Of a DNA stretch of 64,000 nt, positions 32,771 to 47,500 are shown piece by piece. A program made the position numbers and the translations under genes. A model generated the notes under the pieces. That model did no database searches and was not told the origin of the DNA. It saw nothing but the letters and a program-made list of their open reading frames with translations. How positions within the stretch are numbered: the first letter of the stretch is position 1; the number at the start of each line of letters is the position of its first letter. Source of the stretch: Setoptus koraiensis (Eukaryota; Animalia; Arthropoda). The DNA is taken from NCBI GenBank assembly GCA_048013815.1, contig CM106585.1, positions 21,700,001-21,764,000 on the forward strand, written 5' to 3'.

Positions 32771-34272
32771 AGTTGAGCGTTACTATTGACTTTATTACGC
32801 TGCTACGTTTACAAACTTTTCCAAAACCATTCATCGCAACACACACAACAGAAAATAGTGCAACAGTGCACTGACAATTCGAGCCCAATTGGATCAGCAA
32901 TGCTCTCAGAAATTGTTAACATTTTTCCAGAGTATTCTGCATCGCAAAGGTTATGCCTAGCAAAATGCCTCGTCTAGAAAAATGCGTACAGCAAGCTCGA
33001 TCGCATGCATTGTAGCTTGCATCTCTATGAGTTATACAACACCAATCAAACTTAGTTGCGTCTATTGTCTAGAGTTTACATGAGGTCATATGGTGATTAA
33101 ATTATCTTGAAATGCGAGCTTAACTTACATAATAACTTATCATTGTATCATGTCGTCCAATCCGTTCTCATATTGCATTATCAGTGACATCCCATTCTCC
33201 CTTTTAAAAACACGCTCTTTTTGGCAATTTTTCATGTACAGGTGACAGACAAGTAAGAGATTTATCCTACAACTAATGAGCAGCATTTATGTAGCAATAA
33301 CAATTCAAAAATATGAAATATTTGAGTGGCGAATTGTGTTTCGTTTCGCGATGTTTTACTAATCGAGGCACCATTGTTGAAACGACAAACTGTATTCTTG
33401 AGATGGGAGTAGTTAATGTTATATTACATCAGCGTTTAGTCATGCGGCTTAGCCAACCAGTGTATCAAGACAGCACCGTCCAAATAAGATAGATAACCGA
33501 AACTTAAGCTTAAAGAAAGCTTATATTAAAAAACAGACGCATGTATGAAATACACATCTTGAAAAAATCAAAACATTCATCAGACATTACAAAGAATGAA
33601 TTAACAAAGATGAGAGTCAAGTTTAGTTCGCACGCTCGAAACAATCCTAGTGAGAAAAAAAAGCTGTTCTGAAGACTATCATTTACGATGTTAATTGCTA
33701 ACGCACAGGATACCCATTATTTATACATACAGGTTACATTGATTATAACTGAAACGATCTTTCTCTTTTGGCTATTCATCAGTTGAAGCGAATAATAGAT
33801 CAGAGCAGGAGATTGGGAGCCTATATTGGGGGCTAGGTAAATAAATTTATCCGGTTGTATCGGTAACAAATGAACTCGCACAAAATCAGAATAATTACAT
33901 CGTTGCAACCGAATGACCAACTGTCTGTCGAAACCAAATGAAACAAATTCCAGACAGACAATCTCATCTGCTCAATGTTGCAAGTCAAGTGTAGGAGGAA
34001 AGGGTTAGAAATGAATTCATTGTTTTCTATTTATGTGACAGATCAACTTGCGTTATTAAATTTATTTCGCAGATATGAAGCTGATATCGTTGCCTGGTGA
34101 AACTAATAGGTTCGTGCATAATTCATTATCGTCTGTATCTAGGGCTTGTTACGGGTCTATGCCATGCCTGTGTGGTGTAAAAACACCCACGATATAAACC
34201 TACAGAACCGGAAATGATTCTTACCATATGCCTGTCGTTAGTGCGTTGTATGGTTAGATTGGCTTAGCTAAC

Positions 34273-34302
34273 CTGAATGAAAGTATGAGTGGAAAAAAAA
34301 AC

Positions 34303-34337
<35 letters not shown>

Positions 34338-35388
34338 TTGTATTGAGCCATGACATAAAACACATTGGATAAATGAAAATAGAAAATGAAATAGGGTAAA
34401 ATGCTGTTTCGCCTCTGGGATCCTCAATAACCAATTGTGTATGTGTCTGTATATAACATCGAGAAGGGAGGTGAAAGAGAAAAAGTTTGTACCTAGCTAA
34501 GCTCAACTGTATGTGTGTTTCATTTAGCAATCCGTTTACGGATACCACCATTATCATTTATCAAACAAAAGATACCACTACAACTATTTTCGTATCGAGC
34601 AGCCTCATTGGTTCTATCAGATTAAATCCTCTTTTCTGGTAGACATGCTTTTTCCATAAAGAGATATAAGATTACATACGCACAGTTTTCCAAATAACAG
34701 CTATAAATTCAACAGAAAAGCCAGTGTGGAAACAAACCAATATCTAGTAATACTCATACCGATAGTTGCTGATTGATTCTGTCTTGTATTTGTATGTTTG
34801 TTTGTTTCTCTATTGCTAATCTCACGACCGCCAAACCCAACTGGACAGGCCCCTCGATTGCCAACATGCCGGGAGGTGATATTGTTTGCCGCTCGATTGG
34901 ACCGTAATAATTGCGCCGGCTCAAATGGATAGAGAGGTGTCTAAATGAAAAAAAAAAGAAACGGTTCACTACTTTCCACTAATACCGATACGATACTGAC
35001 TGAATCCTATAGCGATGCCGTTTTGGATGTTTATGCTTTATCGCCTGTCTCACAAGCAAGTTGGAGTCACAAGTTTCATTTCGTTTCATTTTTTCATTTC
35101 GGCGTTTTGGCAAATTCTTCGTCTGTTCAGATAATTGTGGTTCTGGCATAATTGACGATATTTTCATCAATTTTTTCTTACTTGAATACACAAGTTCAAG
35201 TAAGTGGTGCTTACATCATACTATCATCGAAGACCGTAACCACCAATAGTGGAAAAATCATATTTTGTACAATGCAAAAATATCTACAAATGCTCGTCAT
35301 TGTGCTTTCAAAGATGATTATCAGCGGATGACTTATACAGAATATAAATCGCTGCAAACCAGCCGATATGTAGGGAGAAAAAGTTTTT
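34273..35388 (-). other. Three candidate coding exons (35388-35215, 34940-34760, 34446-34273) of an unidentified gene or gene relic
   Basis: Canonical AG/GT sites, compatible phases (2-2, 2-0, 0-0), no stops, and a strong pyrimidine tract before 34446. No start exon or full gene found. Confidence 0.35.
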
Positions 35389-38300
35389 CTGAAAAACTGC
35401 ATCCCAAACAATTCATGAAATCATTGTAACCAGATGAACAATGGATAGATATTCGCACAGTTTTTGGCTGACCACAGAAGAATCGATAGCGATGCAACAA
35501 AAATTTAACCAAAACCCCTCATACATATGCACCCGAAATGGTAGCGATGTACACTGAAGTAAAATTTTTAATATAAAATGTTTTCACTTCGCTCAGAATT
35601 CATTGAATCGCGATAACTGTCTAATGTAGCGTTACCAATCATTAAGCGTAAAATTTGAATCATATCAAAGTCGAGTTGAGTTACGTCATCAATTGGCTGA
35701 CACAAGTTGGGGAACTGTTCGGAATTGAATTACTAACTTTATTCACTTTGGACACAATGCAGATTAAGTAAATTGCCATAAGATTAATGTGTCAAAGCGA
35801 TAGGTGAAACAAACTTAATACCCAGATTAACGTTGTACTTACCCTAAAACTGTGTGTGTGTGTGTTCCATTGATCCTCGCTGCCAACAATACATAAATCA
35901 CATAGCGCTTTTATCCAGTCAGTTAATTCTGGCGAGATTATCAACCTATGAACTTTGGGCCAATAGCTTGAATTGAATCAATCAAACAAATGCTGACCTT
36001 GAAATTGCTTATTCTCTGTATCAGTGAACTATCTAAATACCAAATGGAGTTATTTCGGGCTTCGTGAGCTGGCCAAGCTGTACCAAGTAACTAGGTTTGC
36101 AGCCTAGGTAATCACAAAAATCATCTATTATCCGGCAATATACTGTTGTTTTGTTCTCATTTTATCCGGCTGTGAGCACTGGCTAGAAGTGTGGGACCTT
36201 ATTTCATTTCATCTAATTTAATCTGCTTACTGTTGTTGTTTATCATTGAAATAGTCCCTGGTACATAGATTCGCCCATTGAGTCAAATGTCAAACGATAG
36301 AATTGGTAATACAATACTTTCGGATGATTGAACGCAACAACGGAGTAAATGATGCACTATGTTCAATGGATGAACATTAGGCGCGTTTTTGCACCACCAT
36401 GTGATCATTCAGCCCGGCCTGGTTGCATAACGATATTTGGTTAGCTGCCAAAAATCATTCTGACCGTCCGGGTGATGACAAACGAGTTAGTGACAAACAA
36501 TATTTCTCGAGCGTTTTTCAATTGAATCAATTTTCTGTTTGCTTATCCGACTCAACTAAAACAACTAAATAAGCTTGAGATTGATAACTGGTGTCCTCGG
36601 CTGCTTATCGTTTGCTAGTGACATGAGCAAAGTAGATAATGTGCAACAGAATGAGATGTATTGATCGATTTCTTCGTAGTTGACACGTTAACAACAACAT
36701 AGACGCCGACACTGTGACCAGATGAAGAAAATTCTTGCGCCGCAGATATCTCTTGAGTGACCTCCGGAAGTGCGGCCCTGCTAAGAGTATTAAATACAGA
36801 AGCGAGGCTGAATTTGGCTAGGCAGCCAAGTTAAAATTTCATTCGCTGCTACTGTATATTTCGTGACAAACAAATTGGTTTTGAGGCAACTGATGCCAAC
36901 GAGAAGCAGCTTGCACATGACAACAACAGTTCATATATTCAACCAACCAGCGAGCACGATTATCGATTGAATGCAATTCGTCGACGCCTTGTATTGAAAA
37001 ATTTATTGCATCATTAAGAAATTAATTGAATGGTGGCCATAACTATATATTGTGAGATAGATAATGAATTGGAGTGAGTATGACATGTGAATTGTTTCCC
37101 AGTAGCCACTATTTACAGTGCTATTTACATTGAATTGTCCCATCTGCAACTGATTTATTTGCGCGAATGCGCCAGTATCAACTGGCCAGTCATCGATACA
37201 ACCACACAGCTTGATGTTTACCCACCATGAAGCTGTTTGTTTGCCAGTGAATAGATAGAGAGAGGGGATCGCGTAATAGGAAAGGGGTCCCACTAGCAAT
37301 AATAGCTGAAATAATAGCCGAAATAATAGCCCCCGAAATAGTGGTTGCATATGATGAATGAATCTCCATTGGTGTCCATGATAAACAGACATAAATATTC
37401 GTTGCGTAATCAAACAATCACTCATGTTCATGACAAACAATAGAATATTGTTGTGTCGTCGGTGCAATATGTATCAATGTAACAATACTGTTGATCGGCT
37501 GTTACTGTTGTTGTTCGGCTTCTTTCTGGCAGCTGCTATCAGCTGCTTTCGTTTAGGCCCGCACACACTGTAGGAATGTGGCATGATACAATGAATTTCT
37601 GGCTATTTTGTTGGCTATTACAAGTTGTTAGCTAACGACAAACTCACACACACATAGTGAGACGATGTCATTACTATAATAATCATATCAATGGTGCCAA
37701 GCTCTCTATTTATACTATGGATTCCGTATCACGCTAAGTATTTCTGTTCAAATGGATATTATTCATTCTGTCCGCTGGCAGCATTAGCTTGTCCGGGTGG
37801 CTCGCATCATGGGATTACGAAAAATTTGTCATTAGATGGCTTTTCCCACCAAACAAGTCCAACTGACACACCCAGTGGCTTTGCTCTGCATTGTATCATC
37901 ATTAATATACATGTAATCCATACATAATGATGGTGCACTCAAACTGACCCACGGCCAACATCGTTGACCAGTAGCTGTGGGGCACAGCCGACAGGTGCTA
38001 TAAACAGAGATACAATGAATGAAACATAAATAATGTTACATAATGATCAGTGTTATTAGGTAGACAAACTCAAAATGTTGTGTCCATTGTCGATTTAACA
38101 CCAAACAGCCTTTCGTGATGGCGAAGAAAACGATGAATGGAACAACTTCCGGCAAGGGCACAATCTGACAGACACAGTTAACATTTGAACATATTTCAAT
38201 TGTCGTTGAGCTTGTAACCAAGTTTTTCAATGCATACTAGTCATAATTTTGAGCAAAAATTGTCAAGCATATCATCGAGATTGTCAATAAACGATTCGGT

Positions 38301-41022
38301 TTATGGTTCCGCCAACGAAGAATTCGCCGAAATTCCAAGTGGCACCACAGTTAGAAATGTTATCTGATTAAATACTCAGACAATAAGTTTTCGCAGTGCC
38401 CAGTGAATGTCACATTGCACGACAGTGCGATTAGACAGGATTAGACAACGATGTAGCAAGGTCGTGTCTAAAGAGTTGAGTTGTCTTTAAGTCCACATTT
38501 ATCGTGGTGGCACTTTTTTCCAGTTGGTCAGCACGGGCTTACACGATACACGTTAGGCCGAAAAATGGCGAGATTATAGCTGTCGCTAATCCGTCAGTGC
38601 GGATAAATGAGTGAAACAGTTGGTTCGGTTCGCCAGACAGAAATAAGGAATATGAAATTCGGTAGTTTATGGCAACCGCAAATAACCGCAAGTTGAGGCC
38701 TCATCAACGAGCCCAATCAGGCTTGCCGATGAGGCCTCGCCGACTCCGACAAGGAAATGGGTTATTACAGTGAGGATAAGGGCATTTCTTGTTGTCCCTG
38801 ATGCATTATTAATCCATTTACACAGCCCCCCACACCCCACGCAAACAAACACAAACAACGACCTCGTTGTTACAACAGTATTACATGATGTAATACTGAC
38901 TAGTAATGAGCTCAAGTGCTCGCGTTTTGGCCTCCGCTAATCCGGTTAGCTGGCCAATTCAGATGAGAGCAATAATGGATGATTGTCGCCATGCTATTTA
39001 GTCTGATCACAGTTTATACACAGTGCGTGTTGGGTGAGTTTGGGGCCAGCGATGAATGCAACGTAACAAGCAGACAAACATAATGGTGAACAAACAAAGC
39101 CAATAAAGATGTCACAAAATAGGTTCGAATCGGACAAACAGTCGTTAATTACCAGCGTACATGCGTCGCAGCCAGTGCTCACATTTCGGATATGCTTACA
39201 CCAAATCGAGAGAATTATATCAACTCGTCGAAATATTTTCTCTCTCTCTCTCTCTCTTAGAGAAAGGAAGACTCTCTGCGAGGCCTTTGTTTGTGGGCTG
39301 ACCGGAAGTGGACAAAGCAGTGCATTTGCACTTGTGTTCAATTGGATGTCTGTGTTAATTGCATGCATGCTAATCTTAACAAAAAGTGTATCGTAACAAA
39401 ACCCGAGCGGCCCATTCTCTCGCGGAATGTTTCTGTTTCTATCGTTGCGTTGCATTGCCCGATGCTGGCCACTAGATACTCACGAGTTTCGTTTGTTTTA
39501 TCCGTCGGCAATCCGGCGAAACATTGCCGAAAATTGCACAATGTCATTTTTTACAGTTCACACTGACGGAAGTACACATTTGTCACACAATTTCTCCATC
39601 GCCATTGACAGTATTCATTGGTGAATAGTAGTCGAGTGTCAAAACGAAATCATTGAATAATTATGGATATTTGAATATTAGATTATGTAAAGATACTATT
39701 GATACTATTTTGAACATATTGATTTATGTCCTGTGTACGTGGCAAAAGCGGCTTGCGAAAGCCCGCTGCCAATAAAGATAAAGTGGCCATGGCGCTGGCG
39801 ATGCTGTGATGCCTCACCAGTGTAGGTGAGTGGTGCTCTTGCAGACTGTTGCATAACTGATACAGACAGGAAGTTTGAAGTTGGCTTCTTTTTGCACGAG
39901 CGCTGCACAGTGTGCAACTCTGTTGTTGCTGCCGGCGATCTTATCGGTTGTCAGTTGCCAAAATAGACGCTATCGCACTTGTTTTGCCGCTACAACTTAT
40001 TTCCATAAAGTGAATACCAAAAATAGCTGCTCTGCTTTGGGGCCAGAGAGTGAGGGCGCTCAGCAGGATAAGATCAGCGCACAAAGATAAGATTACTGCA
40101 ATAGCTGGACTGGCTGCACTGGTATTAGTTGAGTATTGGTCAGGGGGGGGGCCGCTTTGACTTAGCACGTGCAGCGCGTGCAGCGTGTAGCGCGTACACG
40201 CAGGTACAAGTTGGCAAGGGCCAAGAAGGGGCGCGAGAAGAGATTTTGGTCTAAAATAATTTGATTATTCATGTGCTCTCTTCACGGCCGACAGTGTGAT
40301 CTATCTTTGATGATCAATGATGGAATTATGGTGCCGTTGCCGGGTGCAAGCACACTCACATATTAACCTATTCATCAGCTGGGGCCGGCAGCCATTCATT
40401 CTGTGGCACGAGTGTGTTGCGCGAGCGAGCGAACGACGAATGCTCTCGGCGAATGAATGGGAGCCGCGAACTGGGAGCCGCGAACTTGGACCGAATGAGG
40501 GAGAAAGACCATGTCAGAGACTGTGCGGCGAGACGGAGGGAGACTCCGGGAGAGAGAGAGAGAGAGAAAAAAGTTTTCTCGCTTGCCAAGAGAAAACGGG
40601 CCGCTAGCGCCGAGAGAAAATCGCGTGCGCGCTTTGCGTTGCTGCGTTACGCAACAGAAGCGCTCGCAATGACCACTAGGTGACTGCACTCACAAGAACT
40701 GTCTGTCGTGTTGTGCGTGTACGTGTGCGCAAACTCGCCGACGCATGCTGGAGGCGAGCGTAAGTGGCAGGGGGCAGAATTGTTTTGATTTAGCGAGGCG
40801 GCGCTGCTGTTGTTGTTAGCACATAGCGGCAGTCAGTTCGATTTGGCGAGCCTCAATGAACACGCCGGCCAGCGGGAGATAAATTCAAAGTCAATCGAAT
40901 CGAATGTTTGTAACGGATTGAAGTATCGTGTAGAGGGCGCGAGCACGCCAGAACAAGCGAACTGCAGTGGATAAGTGTTGTTGCGCTGACACAAGACGCA
41001 TCGTTTCTCGAATGAACAGTTT

Positions 41023-41285
41023 TCAGTCAGTTCTAGTGCCATCACACAGCGACTAGCCAAAATATAAGAGGCCAACGAAACTTGGAGCAACTCAACTCGA
41101 AACTGGCTCAAGCCCGCAACAAAGGCAACAAACAACGCATAGCTGCCAGCTGTAGCTTACTTACAGCAGCAACAAATAACCGATAGCTGCTGGCAAGACC
41201 GCCACACTTGGATTAGAGCGCCAGCGAAGAAGCGAAAAAGCGAAGAAGCGAAAAAGCGAAAAGGCGAAAAGAGGCGCCAAATCAG
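41023..41285 (+). promoter_or_regulatory. Candidate initiator plus non-coding first exon (possibly the 5' UTR of the GPCR gene)
   Basis: TCAGTCAGTT (arthropod Inr-like) at 41023-41032 and a strong CAG|GTGAGT donor at 41285/41286. The link to the GPCR is inference. Confidence 0.3.
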
Positions 41286-44152
41286 GTGAGTAGACGCATC
41301 ACGTTTGTCGTCGCAGCAGCACGTTGCGTCTTGTGCCGCTGCCGTTCGCCACAGTCGGCCAGAAATTCCAGAGTGCCGACCGAACTGATTTTCAGAGCTC
41401 GGCAGATTTCCAGAGCTCGGCAGGCCGCCGCCGGCGAAACGGTTGCCAGCAATTGTGTGCCGGTTATTTTTTACAGTCGATTTAGCGGCAACACTCAATT
41501 GATTTGGCACTGATCCATTACACACACACACACACACTAACAAATACAGGAATGTGTATATATTATATCCGTGTCCATGTTGCCTGATGTTATGTTATAT
41601 GGCGGTTGCATGATGTGATCCGCCGCTCAACGACTATTACGCAAAAGTTTTCTAGCTGGCTGAAAATCGCATCAAATGACACAGCAGCCAGCGTGGAAAT
41701 TAACGTACAGACGCGCGACGATTGTGTGACCAATTTCAATCAGTATTTATAAATTCATGGCCAAAGTTGACTGATAAGTTTGCCCTTTGGTGAGTTTTGT
41801 CGCTCGTCGCTTGTCGCTGTCACCAAACGACAAGCGAGGTCGCGACGAGCGAGGTGCGATATGCGACTCGCGACTAACAAACACAAACTAATGCCCAAAT
41901 ATCGTCAGCCCTATCATTCGATACTGTCGACCGAGACTCGCTCGCTCGGCTCCATGTGCACACAACTCGCAATTCGCGTTCGCGTCACAATTTGCGTTGC
42001 CGTCGCAATTCACGTTGGCGTCGCAATTTGCCATGCGATCGCAGCGGTCGACCCTAGAGAAAGAGAGATTGTTATGCAACAGCAACAATAAACATTCTTG
42101 CTTTTTTGTTCGTGTCGCACACACAAACAACGAACACGACAACTTCAATTAGATCGGCCAGGTGAGGCTCGGCCGACAGTGACAGCGAAAGTGTGTGCGT
42201 CTGCTCAATTGTTAGCATTCCGTTCATCATACACAATGTATCAAATGTGCGCGATTTAAATTGTCTAGTCGCTGCCTCTCATTATCCCTATGGCCAGCCA
42301 GTAATTGTGAGCCAGTCAGGCCTCACTGACTATTGATGGAACAGTCTCTGATAATCAGTCAGCTTGGCTTGGCTGTCATCCAGAGAGCCCTGATTGGCAC
42401 GCAATTGCGCTCAGAATATTTATAGATTGTGCAATAATTTAATAAGTGCAACAGCCCCCCGAAGTGAGCCGACAGACACAGACACAAAAAAAGAGAATTG
42501 CTGTTGTTCATCATGCTGCAGTGTGTCGCATCAACATCATCATTATCATTGCTCTCAGACACAACGGCCACATCCATCTATTTATTTAACTATTATTATT
42601 GTTGTTATTGAACAATGTGTAATGGTTGCAATTGAACAACAACAATTGAAAATGAGCTCATTACGTCACATTGTCTGGATACGTTGCCTGGCGTATGGCT
42701 CTCATGCGCATGCAGCGGTTGTTTGATGTAGGTTACAAAGTATTATTATCATTGTGGATAATACTCAGGATTAGATAACAACGAACGCTTGCTCGTGTCG
42801 TATGGACAGGAGCTGTGGCTTCCTTTTTCATTAATATCCTTTTTCATTATGTTACCACGATACCGCAAATACGATTAATATCGTCAAGTAGCGAGTAGCG
42901 CAGTAAGAAAATCTCTAGACTACTGAGTGTGTGTGTGTGTGTGTGAGTGAGGAATGCCAACGCACAACAACTATCACTGTTGTGCAATAATCAAAAAACA
43001 GTAAACAGGTCAGCGAAATGATTTGACAGTTATCTTGACAGTTAGATAACTAGCTCAGCTGATAACATGACACATGAGCCAGCTTGACAATGACACACAG
43101 TAAGCCTTTTCGTCGTCGTGTTCCTTTTCAGCAAGATCGCTCCACGATAAATACAAAGACCAAACATAGAGAGCCAGCTATAGCGTTCATATGACCTACC
43201 ATGTACATATATACTAACACCTAATAACGTCAGAAATTGTCTTTTTGCTCCTCTTTTAATCACTCTCGTCATGTAACTCTCATCGTAGCATATGTTCAGA
43301 GGGCAGTATTGATGTATACGTTCAAATGGCATTGTTGCCCTGGTTGTGTTAGCTGCTCGCAAAGTGTTTCACATGACATTGATATCATCGCAACAATTTA
43401 GATAGTAGATAGAAATAATTGTTGATTGATAAATTGGTGATCCGAACAGACAAAACAAAACACACAAATCTGTTTCTCAATTTCTTCAATTATCCGCAAA
43501 CAAACACAAGACACACAACAACTGTGCCAATAAAGCAAATTCAAGTGACTGAAAGGCAATTAGCAGCAACAATACAAATTGGATATGACGACATTAGTGA
43601 TTTGATATTATTCACTTCAATTATCACTTCTATTGTTAGTAGCTGAATCGGCACACAAGGACCATTGTCTAACATTGGACAACATATTGGTTTTATATTA
43701 TGTAAATGACTGTGCTCGAAGAAATCAGCAATATTCAACCCGACAAAATCAGTCACTAACACAGTGTCAACTACCCATCATCGGCCATATAATACTATAT
43801 GATTGTTGCCCATAAATTAGTATTTGAAAGTAAGAGTCACTGATGCAAACAAACAAATATGGCTGAAACAATGAAAGGATATATTATTATAAAATTGTAC
43901 CCATTGCATCACTCAACGCACAACAATCATCTAACTAAATAGTGAACTATATCAGGCAGCATATATATGACATATTCAATGATATGCAAAGTGTTTGATT
44001 GTAAAATATTTGTTTAGACCATAATTGATACATCAATAGTGACAGCGTCAGACGAGATATTCAACGAGTCAACGTATCATTCCTATATTTGTGATATATG
44101 AAATTAATTGTACTGAAATATTAATTGGCATTGACACGATAACAGTAATAAG

Positions 44153-44577
44153 ATGCTTTTCTGCAATTCAAGCACAATTGCCGATATTCGCAAATGGGAC
44201 AGAAGTATTCCACGTGATATAGACACCTATACAGTGTACAAGTATGTGTGTCCGATATTGTTATTTTTTTGTTTATTAAGTGTCACATTTAATTCTGTTC
44301 TACTTGGCATTGGTCATTTCAGACAAAAAAGGGATAAAACACCGATATTAGTGTTATCATTAGATTTGGCTTGCACAGATACAATAGCATCGTTAATAAA
44401 TGGAATTGGTCTATTATGTAACTCTTATTTGCCGATTATGTTTGATATTCAATTTACAACTTGCACATTATTAGTAATAGAGATATTTCGAGTTGGCTCT
44501 CTTGTGGCATCCGTATTGCATCTATTGGCATTGGCAATTGTACACTATCGAGGAGCCGTGCGTCCATTGCACTACAG
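44153..44577 (+). CDS. Class A (rhodopsin-like) orphan GPCR, first coding exon (TM1-TM3)
   Basis: TM1 Asn (TFNSVL), TM2 LACTD, ECL1/TM3 Cys (TTCTL), TM3 ending HLLALAIVHY and ICL2 RPLHY. The exon ends at a phase-2 AG|GTGAGT donor. Downstream exons were not located. Confidence 0.85.
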
Positions 44578-47500
44578 GTGAGTGAAAAATTAACTCTTTC
44601 TTTTTTATTTTAGTTATGCTTGAATTATTATAATTGTTATTACGAAATTTGATATTTTCTTTGTTTATAAGCTAAACGTGTGTGCACCAGACTAATTACC
44701 GAGCTCTGTTTATGTCACGTTCTGTTGCGGTGGTCAGTTTTTTAACGGTGATAATTTTAGACAAAAATTTTACCGAAGAATTTGCTTTTTTCGGTTGTTG
44801 GTAGCACCGGAGGGAAGGAGTGTGGCGAATAAACATTTATTGTGATATCCGTTCTACATAAAAGTAGATGTTTGAGTGTTAAGCAACTCGAATAATTCGC
44901 GTGCGATAGAAAAAAAAAGAGACAGTCAAGTGATGCAAATATGCAAAAACACAGTACACACATGTATGAGGCCTCGTAAAAAAATACACTGCTCATTGTG
45001 AGTTATTATGTAGTTATTATGTGACATCATTTGTGTTTCCACTGGACACAAAATGCAGGCCACTAACTGATAAGATCATGAGAATCATCGAGCGTGCAAG
45101 GTCATCACGCACACACACACACACAAACAATGTGATACAATGTAGGGAAATTAGTGAAATTCTTTCAGATGATTAAGTGTACTTGTTTTAGTGAAATTAG
45201 TGGGAAATGGCCGATGATGTTGTTAGATTATCTCTAAGAGGCCTCAACCATTTTAATGAATTTGCTCATGCAATTAACAGGTGGAGTTGACCGCAAAATA
45301 ATAGATTAATGGTGGTGGTGTAACTCCTGAGGCCATGCAGCGTTATCGGTGGACATGACATACATTCGAAATTGGACGAAATTCATTTTATTTTTTAGCA
45401 CCAATTATGTCAAATGAAATACTCTTAGAGATAAGACTGACATTTCTGTGCAGCGATACTGCATTTGCTTGTAGAACCCCTGCTTTTGGACACTTCCTAT
45501 ATGCCAATACACTACTTGTCAGACGAGATGGATGTTTCTCTAAAAGACAAATTGATAGAAATTTCCTGGATGCGAAATGCAACTCGACCAGAACTCGTGT
45601 TTGTCGTCTATGTGTCAACTGAACCTAGCAATATAATCAATCAGATGAACAACTAGCAGCCGATCAATCACGATAAAGGGTGCAAACGGCACACATTGGA
45701 TTGTTATTAGTAAAAGATTTCAATGTCACTCTCGAAGTGACAGGTGCATGGAATCAAGGACGCTGCAATTTCTCATCTGACGGAACAACAATAGAGGAAA
45801 ATCAATCTATTTTGTCGTTGATGGTCGCGTCCTTTGTTCGTCTTGTAATCCGTCCGTGTTTGCTGCCCGGAACAACGTCACTGTCTCTTGTTTTGCTTCG
45901 TCATTGACCTTTTTCGAGACTCCAATCAACACCAACTGCTGTCACTTGAGAATCGCGTCTGACAACTGACAGCTGACAATTGCAACTTGTTATTGTCATT
46001 GTCACACTATGGCACGCATATATAAGCTCACATAGACAGTTCATCAATTTCAAATAAGATAAACTGTTTCATCTGCTTTGTATACAAATATCCATTGTAT
46101 GCGTCAATACGTGGGGCCCCTTATCTATATTATACATAGAGTATGCTATTGTTATCAACAAATGTAGATTCTCTGAGCATAGATAAACATTTTGAATATT
46201 TCGGTGACGCGTGCTGTCACCCCTTCACTTGCTAATCAAATAATGAGTGGGCTAGCTGCAAACTCACTTATAAAATTAAATGTAACACGATGTATAATTG
46301 TGTGCGATAAAGAGATAAGATTAGATAGAAAGAGATTATTCGCGATTCCGATCCGTTCACGGCTCGATCTTATCTCATCCCGTTGTGCGATGTACACAGA
46401 TAGCGTCAGATATTTTCCATCTGATAATAGACAATGTAAATCTCCTATTCTTTTATACCATGACTACTTCACGTTAAGCTCTGACAAGTCTTGTATGAGA
46501 TGTGCGTGAAATAAAAACTGCTCTCTTTTCCTCCTTTTTCAAACTTAATTTTGAAGGTCATCCGCTGAATAATGCAATTACTTTGCAGATTTCAACTTGA
46601 TTATTGCACGCGCTCGACCAAGCTGATTCACATCGGTCAACCTATGATCTAATAATATTTCCAATGTTACAACGAGAACGTTTCGTCTAGGCGAACCCGC
46701 CTTCACATGAATAGTTGTCGTGTTCTGCCCGACTCTTCGTAATCTATTCTGTTTTACATGGATTTTGTGCCGTGCACAAATGAAAACACCCCAATAGTTC
46801 CCCACCGAGGCATGGCTTCTCAAGGGAACAGTCCAACACTGATCACTGATTGCGAATCTTCAGTTACGATTCGTAACTTACGAAGAAACTTCATGTAAGA
46901 AAATCCCGAAAAGGAGCGCGCACTTTTCTTCAGGTGGCATAAATTAGCTTGTTCCATAGAAAATAGTTCTTATCAATCAATTTTCATGGTCTTCGTTGAG
47001 AACTCGAACAACCGAAAAGCTATTTAGATTTGGAATGACAGAAGCATTCTGGGATTAGCTTTTTCGCATTCGTTTTTTTTTTCTCGGAATACCTTATGGT
47101 GGAATCCGAAAAAAGGGCTGCCTGGGGAACTCTGCGAGCGCTGAGTTAGATAGGAGAAATACAAAGGAAATAACATTGGGGAGCATTAGTAGATAGAAAC
47201 AGAATTATAGGGTGTGATCAAAGCATAGTGTCGATGTCTGATGAAGCTGCGTCTTTTCTTCATTTCAAACAAAATGAAATCTGAGGTTCCGAAAATTGAT
47301 GGCGACGAGAAAATGCTCGTAATTTATAGCTTGCTTGAATGATCAAGGCGAGCCAGCTTAACTCATTGTCACAGCTAGATGGATCCTCTACTCAAGATAG
47401 GCCAGATACCCTAAGTCGCTATGTTACGTTTGCTTGGTGCTATCAAGGAGCACATCTGCATTTGTAATATTAGCAACTGTTGTTTGCTTAGTCGATTATC

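Noticed and set aside
37003-37467. 154-aa minus-strand ORF with a hydrophobic LLFRLLFQLLLL segment
   Set aside because: The hydrophobic stretch derives from a GAAATAATAGCC tandem repeat. It has a non-ATG start and no clear splice context.
39122-39131. GGTTCGAATC resembling a tRNA T-loop
   Set aside because: The flanks cannot form a T-stem or acceptor stem, and there is no A-box/D-arm upstream.
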